Source: Candidatus Hermodarchaeota archaeon | Lineage (GTDB): Archaea > Asgardarchaeota > Heimdallarchaeia > Hodarchaeales > Hodarchaeaceae | NCBI GenBank assembly: GCA_048886185.1 | Contig: JBHLKY010000022.1 | Coordinates: 21,864 to 53,863, forward strand | DNA length: 32,000 nt | Reading direction: 5' to 3' | Part shown: piece by piece, positions 18,896 through 27,525 of the stretch | Layout of the letters: each line of letters starts with the position of its first letter | Position numbering within the stretch: position 1 is the first letter of the stretch | The notes under the pieces: generated by a model | What the model was told of the DNA's origin: nothing | Databases searched by the model: none | What the model saw: only the letters and a program-made list of their open reading frames with translations | Made by a program: the position numbers and the translations under genes

Positions 18896-21196
18896 TTACG
18901 AGGATTTATCCAGAGAAACTCCAGCCTGAGCTAATAAGGTCTTAACAAGATCTTCTGCTGACATTGGTAGGTCTTTTTCTGCATATCTGAAAATTCTTAT
19001 CAAAGGTTGGTCTATTGCCCACCTAAGAAGTTCTTCTCTTACCTTTTTTTCATCAATTTCTACATCTGGATTTTGCATTTTTACATGGCTTATTCGTTGA
19101 GCTATTATTTGGTCTATAATAGGTTTTCCTTTTAGATCATTGAGCCAATCACGCAATGTTGAATCCATATTTAATTTACTTGGTAATTTCTGCGTCGATT
19201 CTAATATCACATTAGTGTGCAATCGAATATCTCTTGAAGAAGCGCCAATTAAAATCTCATACTCTCCATTTTCCCATACCCATGATTTGTAAATAACATT
19301 ATAATAGGCAAAAGAACGAGAATCTAAGTGAAAAGTTATTGTCTTTGTTTCATCAGGTTGTAATTCAACTTTACTAAATCCCTTCAGTTCCTTATTTGGC
19401 CGATCAATTTCAGGATTCGATTGGGATACATATAACTGCACTATCTCTTTCCCTACAACTTTTCCTGTATTAGTTATATCAACATTAACATCAACACCCT
19501 CTATATCTTTAAATGATTTACTTGAAACCCTCAAATTTGAGTAAGAAAATGTTGTATAACTTAATCCGTGCCCAAAAGGGAATATCGGTTCAATTGCCTT
19601 TTTATCATAATACCTATAACCAACATAAAGACCCTCTCCATATCTTACTTTTCCAGCCTCTCCAGGATAATTAATATAAGCAGGATTATGCTCTAATCTT
19701 TCTGGGAAAGTTTCAGCCAATTTTCCAGAAGGATTTACCTTATCAAACAGTACATCAGCAATAGCTCCTCCTCCTGCTTGGCCGAGTAAATATGCTTCAA
19801 TAACTGCTGGAACATCGTTAATCCATTCTTTCAAACTAATAACAGAACCATTATTCAAAACAACTATAGTTTTAGGATTTGAATTTGTTACGGCTTTTAT
19901 TAGTTCAACATGACTTTCAGGTATGTTTATAGTTTTTCGATCATACCCCTCCGATTCATACTCAAAGGGTAAACCTGAAAAAATTATGGCAATATCAGAT
20001 TGTCTGGCTAGGTCACAAGCTTCATCGATTAAGGCTTTATTTATACCTTCTTTTGCATAACCATCAGAATATCTGAGAAGAATCCTATCCCCTACTATCC
20101 TTTGGATTTCATCAAAAGAATTATCAACTTTAACAGGATTAATTAAGGAACTACCTCCACCTTGGAATCGAGGTTCTTTTGCCATATATCCAATGATAGC
20201 AACTGAAGAAGCTTCTGTGATTGGTAAAACATTATTTTGGTTTTTGAGTAAAATTATGCCTTCTGCTGCAACCTTACGAGCAAAATCATGATGCTTTTCC
20301 TTATCGAATTCAATATGTCCCTTTTTTGTTTCTTTTGCTTTAAAAATAATCCTTAAAATTCGTTCAACAGCCTGATCCAAGTTTTTTTCATCAAGATCAT
20401 TATTTTTAACAGCCTCAACAACCCTTTGGACATCTAGATCGTTTGGACCCGGCATTTGAAGATCTAATCCTCCTTTGAGTGCAGCAACACGGTTGTGGAC
20501 TGCTCCCCAATCGGAAACAATAAATCCCTCCAAACTCCATTCGGATTTCATTATTGTGGTTAAAAGATCATAATGTTCTGAGGCATATATCCCATTTATT
20601 TTGTTATAAGCACACATAACAGTCCAAGGATGTGATTCTTTCACTGTTTTTTCAAAAGCTGGTAAATAAATCTCTCTTAATGAGCGTTCATCAATTTCTG
20701 CACTAATCATGAATCTTTGATATTCTTGATTATTTGCAGTATAATGTTTTAACGAGGTTCCCACACCTTTGCTTTGAACACCCTTTACAAAAGCCATACC
20801 CATTTCTCCAGCTAGAAAAGGATCTTCAGAGTAATATTCGAAATTTCGGCCACAAAGAGGTGTTCTCTTAATGTTGACACCCGGTCCCAATAATATATCT
20901 ACGTCTAAGGAAATACATTCATCTCCTAGATATTCACCAACTTTTTGAACTAATTCCGTGTTCCATGAAGATGCTAAAGCCACAGCAGGAGGAAAACACG
21001 TCGCTGGAAAACTTTTAGCATCACCAAACTCTTGGATATTTTGAACTTTTCTTACTCCATGAGGCCCATCGCTCATTGTAATCTTAGGAATGCCTAATCG
21101 TTGCACATCAATTGTTTGCCAAGGGCCAGAGCCTGTACAGAAAGCTGCTTTTTCTTCCAGTGTTAATTGTGATAATAAAGATTTTATATCAACCAA
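18896..21196 (-). CDS. GH3 beta-glucosidase (clostridial/Thermotoga BglB-like) with Fn3-like C-terminal domain
   Basis: MSDGPHGVRK, GPGVNIKRTPLCGRNFEYYSEDP, KHYTAN, the nucleophile in SDWGA, ESEGYDR, GEGLYVGYRYY, PFGHGLSYT and ELKGF. TTG start with GGTGA upstream. Confidence 0.95.
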   Translation of the reverse strand: MVDIKSLLSQLTLEEKAAFCTGSGPWQTIDVQRLGIPKITMSDGPHGVRKVQNIQEFGDAKSFPATCFPPAVALASSWNTELVQKVGEYLGDECISLDVDILLGPGVNIKRTPLCGRNFEYYSEDPFLAGEMGMAFVKGVQSKGVGTSLKHYTANNQEYQRFMISAEIDERSLREIYLPAFEKTVKESHPWTVMCAYNKINGIYASEHYDLLTTIMKSEWSLEGFIVSDWGAVHNRVAALKGGLDLQMPGPNDLDVQRVVEAVKNNDLDEKNLDQAVERILRIIFKAKETKKGHIEFDKEKHHDFARKVAAEGIILLKNQNNVLPITEASSVAIIGYMAKEPRFQGGGSSLINPVKVDNSFDEIQRIVGDRILLRYSDGYAKEGINKALIDEACDLARQSDIAIIFSGLPFEYESEGYDRKTINIPESHVELIKAVTNSNPKTIVVLNNGSVISLKEWINDVPAVIEAYLLGQAGGGAIADVLFDKVNPSGKLAETFPERLEHNPAYINYPGEAGKVRYGEGLYVGYRYYDKKAIEPIFPFGHGLSYTTFSYSNLRVSSKSFKDIEGVDVNVDITNTGKVVGKEIVQLYVSQSNPEIDRPNKELKGFSKVELQPDETKTITFHLDSRSFAYYNVIYKSWVWENGEYEILIGASSRDIRLHTNVILESTQKLPSKLNMDSTLRDWLNDLKGKPIIDQIIAQRISHVKMQNPDVEIDEKKVREELLRWAIDQPLIRIFRYAEKDLPMSAEDLVKTLLAQAGVSLDKSS

Positions 21197-21202
21197 ATAG
21201 AT

Positions 21203-21207
21203 TCACC
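21203..21207 (-). promoter_or_regulatory. Shine-Dalgarno site (GGTGA) for the GH3 TTG start
   Basis: TCACC on the + strand places GGTGA 6 nt upstream of TTG 21196. Confidence 0.6.
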
Positions 21208-21327
21208 ATTTGAAATACAAAAGAATAATACTATTTTAACCTGATTAATATGATTTGAGAGAGAAACCTCACTTAATCTAAGAACATCATTATTAAATTT
21301 AAACAATTAGGAGTGGGATGTGAAATA

Positions 21328-22323
21328 ATGATTGGAACTAAAATATATGACTTTCAAGGAGATCTTCAGGAGTTATTCAAAGAATGGCTTTCTCTAAACT
21401 TTGATACCATTTTTGTAAGTAGATCTTTGTATTCCAATCACAAATTTAGAAAACTGGTGCAAAATAACAAAATGAATGCATTTATTATATTTCCTGTTTT
21501 TTATGATCCTAAAACTCTTGAGAATAATCCTGAATTGTACTCTATAACAGATAAAGGGGAGAAAGCGATAGATGAATGGATAAAATTCGTATGTCCATCC
21601 CGAGATGATTACAGGAGATATAAAATAGAGGAAATCAAAAAAGAAGTCATGACACTAAACCCTGATGGATTAAGTCTAGATTTCATTCGATATTTTGTGT
21701 TTTGGGAAAAAATTTACCCAGGGAGAACAATGGATTCTATACCTAACTGTTGTTTCTGCTCTCATTGTATAGAGAAATTCCAAAAAGATACTCAAGTTTC
21801 ACTGCCAAAGGAAATCACGGACAATCAGAAAAAAGCAGAAATCATCCAAAACAATCTCTCTAATGAATGGACAAAGTGGAAATGCAACATTATTTTCAGC
21901 TTCATAAAAGAAATCACCGAAGAGGTAAAGAAATTAAAACCAGAAATCTTGATTAATGTGCATGTTATTCCTTGGAGGAAAGAAGACTTCAACGGTGCAA
22001 TTGAAAAGATAGCAGGCCAAAATCTTAAAGAGATTGCAAAAATCGTTGATATGATTTCTCCAATGTGCTATTCCCACATGCTAAAAAGACAACCATCTTG
22101 GATAAACTCAGTAGTGAAAGACATGTATGAACAGACCAAACACAAGATCATACCAAGTATACAAGTAGAAAAATGTTATTTAAAAACTGAGATTTCAACA
22201 GAAGAGTTTAGTGACATGATTACGGAAGCATTAAAGGATCCTTCAAGTGGTATTGTTTTTTGGTCATGGGAGAAAATTCAAGGCAATATAGAAAAAAAAC
22301 AACTCCTGAAAGCAAAAATATAA
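21328..22323 (+). CDS. Putative glycoside hydrolase, GHL10-like TIM barrel (start probably ATG 21328)
   Basis: FVCPS...DGLSLDFIRY resembles the GHL10 motif LCP...DGIHLDYIRY. Also has CFCSHCIEKF, GQN...VDMISPMCY. No signal peptide. Divergent from the GH3. Confidence 0.6.
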   Translation: MIGTKIYDFQGDLQELFKEWLSLNFDTIFVSRSLYSNHKFRKLVQNNKMNAFIIFPVFYDPKTLENNPELYSITDKGEKAIDEWIKFVCPSRDDYRRYKIEEIKKEVMTLNPDGLSLDFIRYFVFWEKIYPGRTMDSIPNCCFCSHCIEKFQKDTQVSLPKEITDNQKKAEIIQNNLSNEWTKWKCNIIFSFIKEITEEVKKLKPEILINVHVIPWRKEDFNGAIEKIAGQNLKEIAKIVDMISPMCYSHMLKRQPSWINSVVKDMYEQTKHKIIPSIQVEKCYLKTEISTEEFSDMITEALKDPSSGIVFWSWEKIQGNIEKKQLLKAKI

Positions 22324-22450
22324 CTAGAATTTTGTTTAAAAACGAAAGAAGCAAGATAGAAATTCATAGTATTCAAATAAAACTCAAATAGCTTAATTAG
22401 TAAATAGCCTCAACTAGATAATCAAAATGATTTGACCCATGTGATTAGGA

Positions 22451-23488
22451 ATGTTTTCATTAAATGTTGAAACAGCCTTAACCAGGATAAAAGAATTAAA
22501 AATGACTGTTCTACCAGATTTTTACCTCGATATTATAGTAGATCCCCGAATGTCTTATGATCAATTAATAAAAGGTATCGGAACTGTGTATTCAAGGGGA
22601 GGAGGTAATCTTCTAGGACCAGAAACCCAATTCATCGCAGGTGGGAATGGAGGAAATGTTGCTAAAACATTAGGTGGTTTAGGTGTTCCAACGTTCTTCT
22701 TATGTGAAACATCACCCCTCGGTAAGCAGCTTGTTGAATTTTTCTTACATCCACTAGGAGTTAAGACACTGATCACCGCCTCTGGAGATATAGCTACTTC
22801 AATTATTCTAGAAATCCCCCATGGTTCAAACAAACATAATGTTATGCTTTGTTCCTCAGGAAGTGTGGCAGATTTTTCTTCTAAGAGATTAACACCTGAC
22901 CAGTGGAATGTCCTTAAAGAGAGTCATGTTATTGCTATATGCAATGCACAAAACTACCAAATGGAAGATCTTGTAGAGGCAATCCTTCGAGAAGTTCCAA
23001 CTTCTACTGTAGTATCAGTTGATTTTTCAGACTTGACACCACATCTTCAACGGATTGATGGGTTTAGGAAACGAATTCTAGAGCATCCAACGAGACCCCC
23101 ATCATTTATCACTGGAAATGAAATTGAATTTCGATTGTTAGCAAAGAAACCCAATCAGTCACCAGAGGAAGCCACACAAATATTATCCTCTACATATCCA
23201 GACATCATGTTTGGATTACATATGTCTAATAAGGCAGAAATATGGAAAGGTGGTAAACAATTATCCATAGAACCATGTTTTAAGGTTTTCGTCCTAAAAG
23301 CAACTGGGGCTGGAGATAATTGGCATGCTGGTTTTCTAACAGGATGGCAATTAGGACTAACTATTTCAGAAGCAACAATTTTTGCGAATGCAGTCGCAGG
23401 TTATCAAATATCAACTGGAAAGATTGGCTCATTGAAGGATATCATCAGTTTTACAGCATCTACACCATGTCAGGATTTAATAATCTGA
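22451..23488 (+). CDS. PfkB/ribokinase-family carbohydrate kinase
   Basis: GGNGGNVAKTLGGLG (PfkB signature 1-like), ATGAGDNWHAGF (anion hole and catalytic Asp) and GNEIE. Confidence 0.88.
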   Translation: MFSLNVETALTRIKELKMTVLPDFYLDIIVDPRMSYDQLIKGIGTVYSRGGGNLLGPETQFIAGGNGGNVAKTLGGLGVPTFFLCETSPLGKQLVEFFLHPLGVKTLITASGDIATSIILEIPHGSNKHNVMLCSSGSVADFSSKRLTPDQWNVLKESHVIAICNAQNYQMEDLVEAILREVPTSTVVSVDFSDLTPHLQRIDGFRKRILEHPTRPPSFITGNEIEFRLLAKKPNQSPEEATQILSSTYPDIMFGLHMSNKAEIWKGGKQLSIEPCFKVFVLKATGAGDNWHAGFLTGWQLGLTISEATIFANAVAGYQISTGKIGSLKDIISFTASTPCQDLII

Positions 23489-23569
23489 TTATATTAGTAA
23501 GTAAACTACACCCATATTGTTTATATGGGTAATACGAAACCAATGATTATGGATCCTTGAGGGTTATCA

Positions 23570-24676
23570 ATGTCACAAAATGGGAATACTATATTGATTG
23601 TAGGCACTGGTACTATTGGAGAACCGTTAACAGGCCTATTATCAGCTTTATCAAAAAATTTAGGAATTGATGAGTTAATCTTCTACAAACACACACCAAG
23701 GTTAACAGATCGTCCTATGATACGGGGATTACTTAAAAAGGGGGCTCATATGTGCTGTCAAATAGAGAAATTTAACATGTTTCGGGAATTGGGAGTTGAA
23801 CCAACGTATACTTTTGAAGATGCCCTAGCTAAGGCAACTGTTGTCATTGATTGCTCAACTGAAGGAATGGGTGTTCGAAATCGTCTTTTGTTTTATGAAA
23901 ATGCAAAAGACAAAGTCCGTGCATTCTTAGGCCAAGGATCAGAACACGGGTTTGGTATTCCTTATGGTGTTGGACTCAATGATAGTATCCTACACAGAAA
24001 AAATTCCCAGTTTCTCCAAATCGTTAGTTGTAACACTCATGCAGCATCAAGGGTACTCAAGGATTTGGCATTTGATGAAGAAGGTAAGAGTATTTTAAGC
24101 GAAGGACGATTTGTTTTCATGAGAAGAGCTACTGATGTCTCACAAGAAGGCAAATTCATTGCAGGGCCATCTGTTGGGAAACATAAGGATCAGACTTTCG
24201 GAACCCATCATGCAAAAGATGTTTATCGCTTATATTCAACTTTAGGTCATCATCTCAATGTGTTTTCTAGTTCGATTAAACTTAACACCCAGTATATGCA
24301 TACATCATTTTTTAATCTAGTATTAGATAAAAAGAAAGCACTTTCGTTGGAGGAGGTTATTCAAAAGTTTTCGGATGATCCTTATGTAGCTGTAACTAAT
24401 AAAACAGATGCAAATGTGATTTTTTCCTTTGGAAGGGAGTATGGTCACTTCGGGAGAATCCTTAACCAAATTGTTGTAGTACTTCCCAGTCTAATGGTTC
24501 GTCAAAGTGAGCTTTTCACAGACAAAATAGAAATTGTAGGTTATGCCTATACCCCCCAAGATGGAAATTCACTCTTAAGCTCAACATCCGCAACAGCATT
24601 CTTTTTGGATCCCGATAATATTACATTAGGTGAGCCACTTCCTTGCCTTAAACCATACATGTTCTCCGAGGTTTAA
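23570..24676 (+). CDS. Divergent class II (archaeal-type) glyceraldehyde-3-phosphate dehydrogenase-like protein
   Basis: Rossmann motif IVGTGTIG, VVIDCS, catalytic SCNT, RRATD, HHAKDV (catalytic His motif as in Sulfolobus GAPDH) and YMH. Confidence 0.75.
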   Translation: MSQNGNTILIVGTGTIGEPLTGLLSALSKNLGIDELIFYKHTPRLTDRPMIRGLLKKGAHMCCQIEKFNMFRELGVEPTYTFEDALAKATVVIDCSTEGMGVRNRLLFYENAKDKVRAFLGQGSEHGFGIPYGVGLNDSILHRKNSQFLQIVSCNTHAASRVLKDLAFDEEGKSILSEGRFVFMRRATDVSQEGKFIAGPSVGKHKDQTFGTHHAKDVYRLYSTLGHHLNVFSSSIKLNTQYMHTSFFNLVLDKKKALSLEEVIQKFSDDPYVAVTNKTDANVIFSFGREYGHFGRILNQIVVVLPSLMVRQSELFTDKIEIVGYAYTPQDGNSLLSSTSATAFFLDPDNITLGEPLPCLKPYMFSEV

Positions 24677-24794
24677 GAGAAACACCTTTCTATCTTTATC
24701 AGTGTTGAAATATATCCTGAATAACTTGGATTCACAATCTTCTACAAAGGCTTTTTTAAAGTTAATTACCTTTGAGTTGAATAGAGGTATTAAA

Positions 24795-27191
24795 ATGGAT
24801 ATTCCTACTTGTTGTTGGACTAGACCAATCAGTTTTGAATTGCGTGATTCACCAAAACCCAGTGGATTGTCCCTCGCCGTTTTACGATCTATCCCTCTGA
24901 AAACAATTTTTAAATTATGGAAATTGTCACGTAAAGCCAAACAAGAAGGGAAAGAAACGTTCTCTTTCTCCCCAATGAAAGATGGCTATTATCAAGGCAT
25001 TTCAATTGGAGGAATGGGTGCTGGTACTATAGGCAGAAGTTATAGAGGTGATTTTATTCGCTGGCAGCTCTATCCTGGAAAAAGACGTTATCAGACACTT
25101 TATGCTAATCAATTCTCGATCTTCATTCGTAATTCACAAAAAACATTTTCAAATGTTCTCTTTCCTAACCAACCTGAAAGAAATCAATTAGCAGCATGGA
25201 AGTGGAAACTCTCGAGCAACATTGGAACGTATTATGCCCTCTATCCAAGGGCATGGACGAAGTATGAAAGGTTCCCTAACTTTCCAAATGTGTCTTTAAT
25301 CTGTTCTCAGATCACTCCAATGATTCCCCATAACTATAAGGATAGTAGTTTACCTTGTGGTTTATTTAATTGGGAGATAGAAAACAAAGAAAAGGATCCG
25401 ATACAAATAAGTCTACTGCTTACATGGCAAAATGGTGATGGCTCCGAGAATGACCTAAAAGGTAGCCATTTTAATTCTTATAAAAAGTATGAGACCATAG
25501 AAGGAGTTCTTATGACATATAATCTCCCCGCAGATCAGAATGGACCAGCAAGCTTTTTCATTGGTACCCAAGCAGATTCAAATGTTTCCATAACTTATCA
25601 TTCAACATTTGATAGTTCTGGTGATGGAAGTGACATCTGGGAGAAATTTAGTCAGAATGGTAGACTTCAAAACCTTGATAATAGTACTCCCTCAAATAAA
25701 GGCAAATCAATAGCTGGCGCAATCTGTGTATCAGCAAAACTAAAGCCTGGAGAACAAATACACATTCCATTCGTTGTGTCATGGGATATTCCCATTATGA
25801 CCTTTGGGGAAGGCCGTCAATGGTATAAGAGATATACAAAATACTTTGGTACAGATGGAAAGAATGCAGTTAATATAGCGAAATATGCCTTAGAAAGAAG
25901 ACTTGAATGGAATAAAAAGATAGAAGAGTGGCAGAATTCAATAATTAACAATGATATAATACCTCTTTGGATAAAAACAGCCCTCTTTAATGAATTGTAT
26001 TATCTTGCTGATGGATTAACGGCATGGGAACATGGAGAGGTTGGGAGGAGACCACAACCAGATTCTTATAATGGCCATTGGGCTTATTTAGAATGTCCTG
26101 ACTATCCAATGTACAATACGTATGATGTCCATTTCTATAGCTCCTTTGCTTTAGCTATCTTATTTCCAGAGATTCAGAAGTCAATCACCCGAGATTTCGC
26201 CCAAGCTGTTTTAACCGAGAACACTGAATCGCTTACTATGCTTTTTGATGGAAAAAAAGTATCCCGAAAACCTTTAGGAGTTGTCCCCCACGATCTCGGA
26301 TTGCCTTCAGAAGATCCTTGGATTAAGGTAAATAGCTATTCTATGCATGATATTGCAAAATGGAAGGATTTGAATTCTAAATTTGTGTTACAGGTATACA
26401 GAGACTCATTACTTGATGATGATCGACTTTCTTTCATTCAATCTAATTGGCCAGCCGTAGTAATGGCAATAGAACATCTTGAACAATTCGATAAGGATGG
26501 AAATGGATTAATCGAAAATGGAGGATTTGCTGACCAGACATATGATGTTTGGAAATTGAAGGGGGTTTCGGCATATTGTGGTGGTCTTTGGATTACTGCA
26601 TTGGCCGCAGCAATTAAAATGGCTGAGACGATTGGAGATGAAGAAAGATATAATCAATACAAAGAAACATTTAATAAGGCAAAATTAAATTTTGATAAAA
26701 TTTTATGGAATGGGGATTATTATAAGTTAGATACTCAAAGAAAAAATACCCAAGTAATCATGTCAGATCAATTATGTGGCCAGTGGTGGGCGAGAGCTTG
26801 TGATCTTGAAGAAGCGTTACTCCCAGACGATAATGTTAAGAAAGCGCTTGGAACCATTCATAAATATAATGTCAGGACTTTTGGGGAAGAAAAACTCGGT
26901 GCCGTGAATGGAATGCTTTTTTCAGGAAAAATTGATAAGAGAGGCCTGCAATCTCAAGAAGTATGGTCAGGAACTACCTATGGACTAGCAGCATTAATGC
27001 TGCATGAACATTTAGATGAGATGGCCTTTTCCACAGCTTATGGAGCCTATCATATGACATATGAAAGGGGTTTTTGGTTTAGAACACCAGAAGCATGGAA
27101 TAAGGATGGTCGCTATCGAGCATCGCAATATATGCGACCTTTAGCTATATGGGCTATATGTTGGGCCCTAAAACACCGATCCAAAAGTTAG
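24795..27191 (+). CDS. GH116 beta-glucosidase / non-lysosomal glucosylceramidase (GBA2)-like (start revised to ATG 24795)
   Basis: GISIGGMGAGTIGR, the nucleophile in YLECPDY (E at 26091), NTYDVHFYSSFAL, VPHDLG, WKDLNSKFVLQVYRD, the acid/base in DQTYD (D at 26544), SAYCGGLW, DQLCGQW, EVWSGTTY, FRTPEAW and YMRPLAIW. The track's start (24630) overlaps the upstream gene. Confidence 0.93.
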   Translation: MDIPTCCWTRPISFELRDSPKPSGLSLAVLRSIPLKTIFKLWKLSRKAKQEGKETFSFSPMKDGYYQGISIGGMGAGTIGRSYRGDFIRWQLYPGKRRYQTLYANQFSIFIRNSQKTFSNVLFPNQPERNQLAAWKWKLSSNIGTYYALYPRAWTKYERFPNFPNVSLICSQITPMIPHNYKDSSLPCGLFNWEIENKEKDPIQISLLLTWQNGDGSENDLKGSHFNSYKKYETIEGVLMTYNLPADQNGPASFFIGTQADSNVSITYHSTFDSSGDGSDIWEKFSQNGRLQNLDNSTPSNKGKSIAGAICVSAKLKPGEQIHIPFVVSWDIPIMTFGEGRQWYKRYTKYFGTDGKNAVNIAKYALERRLEWNKKIEEWQNSIINNDIIPLWIKTALFNELYYLADGLTAWEHGEVGRRPQPDSYNGHWAYLECPDYPMYNTYDVHFYSSFALAILFPEIQKSITRDFAQAVLTENTESLTMLFDGKKVSRKPLGVVPHDLGLPSEDPWIKVNSYSMHDIAKWKDLNSKFVLQVYRDSLLDDDRLSFIQSNWPAVVMAIEHLEQFDKDGNGLIENGGFADQTYDVWKLKGVSAYCGGLWITALAAAIKMAETIGDEERYNQYKETFNKAKLNFDKILWNGDYYKLDTQRKNTQVIMSDQLCGQWWARACDLEEALLPDDNVKKALGTIHKYNVRTFGEEKLGAVNGMLFSGKIDKRGLQSQEVWSGTTYGLAALMLHEHLDEMAFSTAYGAYHMTYERGFWFRTPEAWNKDGRYRASQYMRPLAIWAICWALKHRSKS

Positions 27192-27525
27192 AATCCCACA
27201 TAGATCCTTAGAAAGAAAAAATGATGTTACTGATAGAATCATCTTATATTATAAAACTATATTGCGAATGATTTCTCTAGCGAGTCTTATTATTCTGAAG
27301 ATATAGGTATAGTTATTTAATCGTGTTAATCAGCATATCATGAAGTCTTGAAAAATATAATGTGTCTTGCTTAGAAGAGTGTAATAATTCAAAATATCAT
27401 TCAGATTCCCTAAAGCAGTCAATATAATAAACTTTCTTGTCATTCAGTATATCAACAGGAAGCTCACAAATCCTCTAGGAGAAAAGATAATTAGATAAAC
27501 CCATTAAGAAAGAAAAAATGATTAG

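Noticed and set aside
24630-24794. Track's N-terminal extension of GH116
   Set aside because: It overlaps the GAPDH-like gene and has no family-like sequence. ATG 24795, preceded by GAGGT, gives a normal GH116 N-terminus.
27210-27522. 16-bp direct repeat AGAAAGAAAAAATGAT at 27210-27225 and 27507-27522, bracketing the intergenic region
   Set aside because: Low-complexity A-rich sequence in an AT-rich genome, with no element, ORF or inverted ends between the copies. Probably chance.
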